Made by a program: the position numbers and the translations under genes. A stretch of DNA of 64,000 nt. It comes from Parachlamydiales bacterium. Lineage in GTDB: Bacteria; Chlamydiota; Chlamydiia; Chlamydiales; SM23-39. Location: positions 96,001 through 160,000 of the forward strand of contig JBNLAH010000003.1 in the NCBI GenBank assembly GCA_050302075.1. Direction: 5' to 3'. Within the stretch, counting starts at the first letter, position 1; every line of letters starts with the position of its first letter. The notes beneath the pieces are model-generated. The model did no database searches, had not been told where the DNA came from, and worked only from the letters and a program-made list of their open reading frames with translations. Shown piece by piece: positions 63,038 through 64,000 of this stretch.

Positions 63038-63835
63038 TTAATCAACTTTTATATAATTTGGTCCGGGAATACCTAAACGCTTCGCCAAAATTAATCCATC
63101 TTTAATTTCTTTCGACGGGAGGTATTCGACAAGGATCTGAAAATTTTTATCTGTAAAAAAATTTAAGCAATTTTCATGCTTTTTAAAACTATGAGTAGCA
63201 ATAAAAAAATAATCTATTTTGTTTTGCTCAATCGCCTCTACGCTTGAAGTTAATACGTCAAGCTCACTTCCTTGTGAATCTATAAATAAAACATCAATGT
63301 GATCAATGTCGTTTTGCACAATAAACCAATCCATTTGCATATGGATAGACCCATGTGAATGAGAGATCTTTTTTTCATAATCAAATCCAAAATAGAAGCG
63401 GTAGAAATATCCTTTTTTTTGATTCAGTTCAAAGTTTTTTATTCCACATCTTAGATGATCAGGATGCGGTTCTAAAATAAAATTACTCGGATTATCAACT
63501 ACATGGGAAAACAAAAGTGAATAATATGACCAATATGCGCCCACTTCAAGCATTGTAGCTTTAGAAGGAATATATTTTAAAACTTCGTAAAAAATATCAT
63601 CAACTCGTTGCTGCCATTTTCCTGTAAGAATAATTTGATTAATTTTTTCCTTAGATAAAGCTCCATAAGAACAGTAGGTACTTAACTTAATTCCATTTGG
63701 CAAAATTAAGTATTTATCAGTTTCATTTAGAATTACTTGTTCTGGCTCAGGTGTGCTATTTGCTTTTGCATAATTAGGATCCATAAAACTTACAACTAAG
63801 TAAATAAAAAAAGGTATTTTTATCAACAAATTCAT
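63038..63835 (-). CDS. FkbM-like methyltransferase paralog with N-terminal signal/anchor
   Basis: MLEVGAYWSYYS, FIDSQGSE, FIATHS; aligns with 62079-63017; ATG at 63835 lies just after the upstream stop. Confidence 0.75.
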   Translation of the reverse strand: MNLLIKIPFFIYLVVSFMDPNYAKANSTPEPEQVILNETDKYLILPNGIKLSTYCSYGALSKEKINQIILTGKWQQRVDDIFYEVLKYIPSKATMLEVGAYWSYYSLLFSHVVDNPSNFILEPHPDHLRCGIKNFELNQKKGYFYRFYFGFDYEKKISHSHGSIHMQMDWFIVQNDIDHIDVLFIDSQGSELDVLTSSVEAIEQNKIDYFFIATHSFKKHENCLNFFTDKNFQILVEYLPSKEIKDGLILAKRLGIPGPNYIKVD

Positions 63836-63836
63836 G

Positions 63837-63998
63837 TTAATCTCTCTCATAAACTATATTATCCATAAATAAATATCCTCTCCCTAATTCATCATATTCC
63901 CAATGATATTTAGTAGGATAAATCTTCAAATCAAAATCACAGATTAAATTGATAATTGAAGTAAAAGTACTTTTTCCTGTGAAAACCACATTTTTAAA
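63837..63998 (-). CDS. 3' end of an unknown CDS continuing beyond the window
   Basis: Open frame FKNVVFTGKSTFTSIINLICDFDLKIYPTKYHWEYDELGRGYLFMDNIVYERD* ending just before the next ATG. Confidence 0.6.
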   Translation of the reverse strand, partial: FKNVVFTGKSTFTSIINLICDFDLKIYPTKYHWEYDELGRGYLFMDNIVYERD

Positions 63999-64000
63999 AT

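Overview
AT-rich bacterial chromosomal segment, most likely from an environmental member of the phylum Chlamydiota. Support comes from a MOMP-like porin C-terminus, a TopA-SWIB fusion, a membrane-sensor RsbU near eno, and the ahpC/groEL/DUF1343/uvrD/rpoN gene order. Bases 1-42 kb are mostly housekeeping genes: cca, rsbU, a TrmH-family methylase, rsgA, eno, ahpC, tRNA-Arg(ACG), trkAH, prmA, groESL with a CIRCE-like operator, putA, uvrD, rpoN and topA. Accessory inserts among them are (i) two convergent MATE genes whose promoters and 5' halves form a near-identical ~760-bp inverted repeat around a secreted protein and a signal-peptide-less OppA-domain fusion, (ii) a tandemly duplicated promoter/leader cassette driving a putative clan-CD protease, and (iii) a NYN-RNase remnant. 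The PutA is full length, but both active sites look degenerate. Bases 42-64 kb are a large surface-glycan locus: Wzy/WaaL-like protein, NoeA/NoeB-like pair, manC, gmd, an Fcl-like reductase, a sugar C-methyltransferase, hddA/hddC, several glycosyl- and methyltransferases, and one GT4 gene frameshifted at a T9 tract. No CRISPR array, rRNA, transposase or integrase was seen. All family assignments are from motif recognition by eye; no database searches were run.
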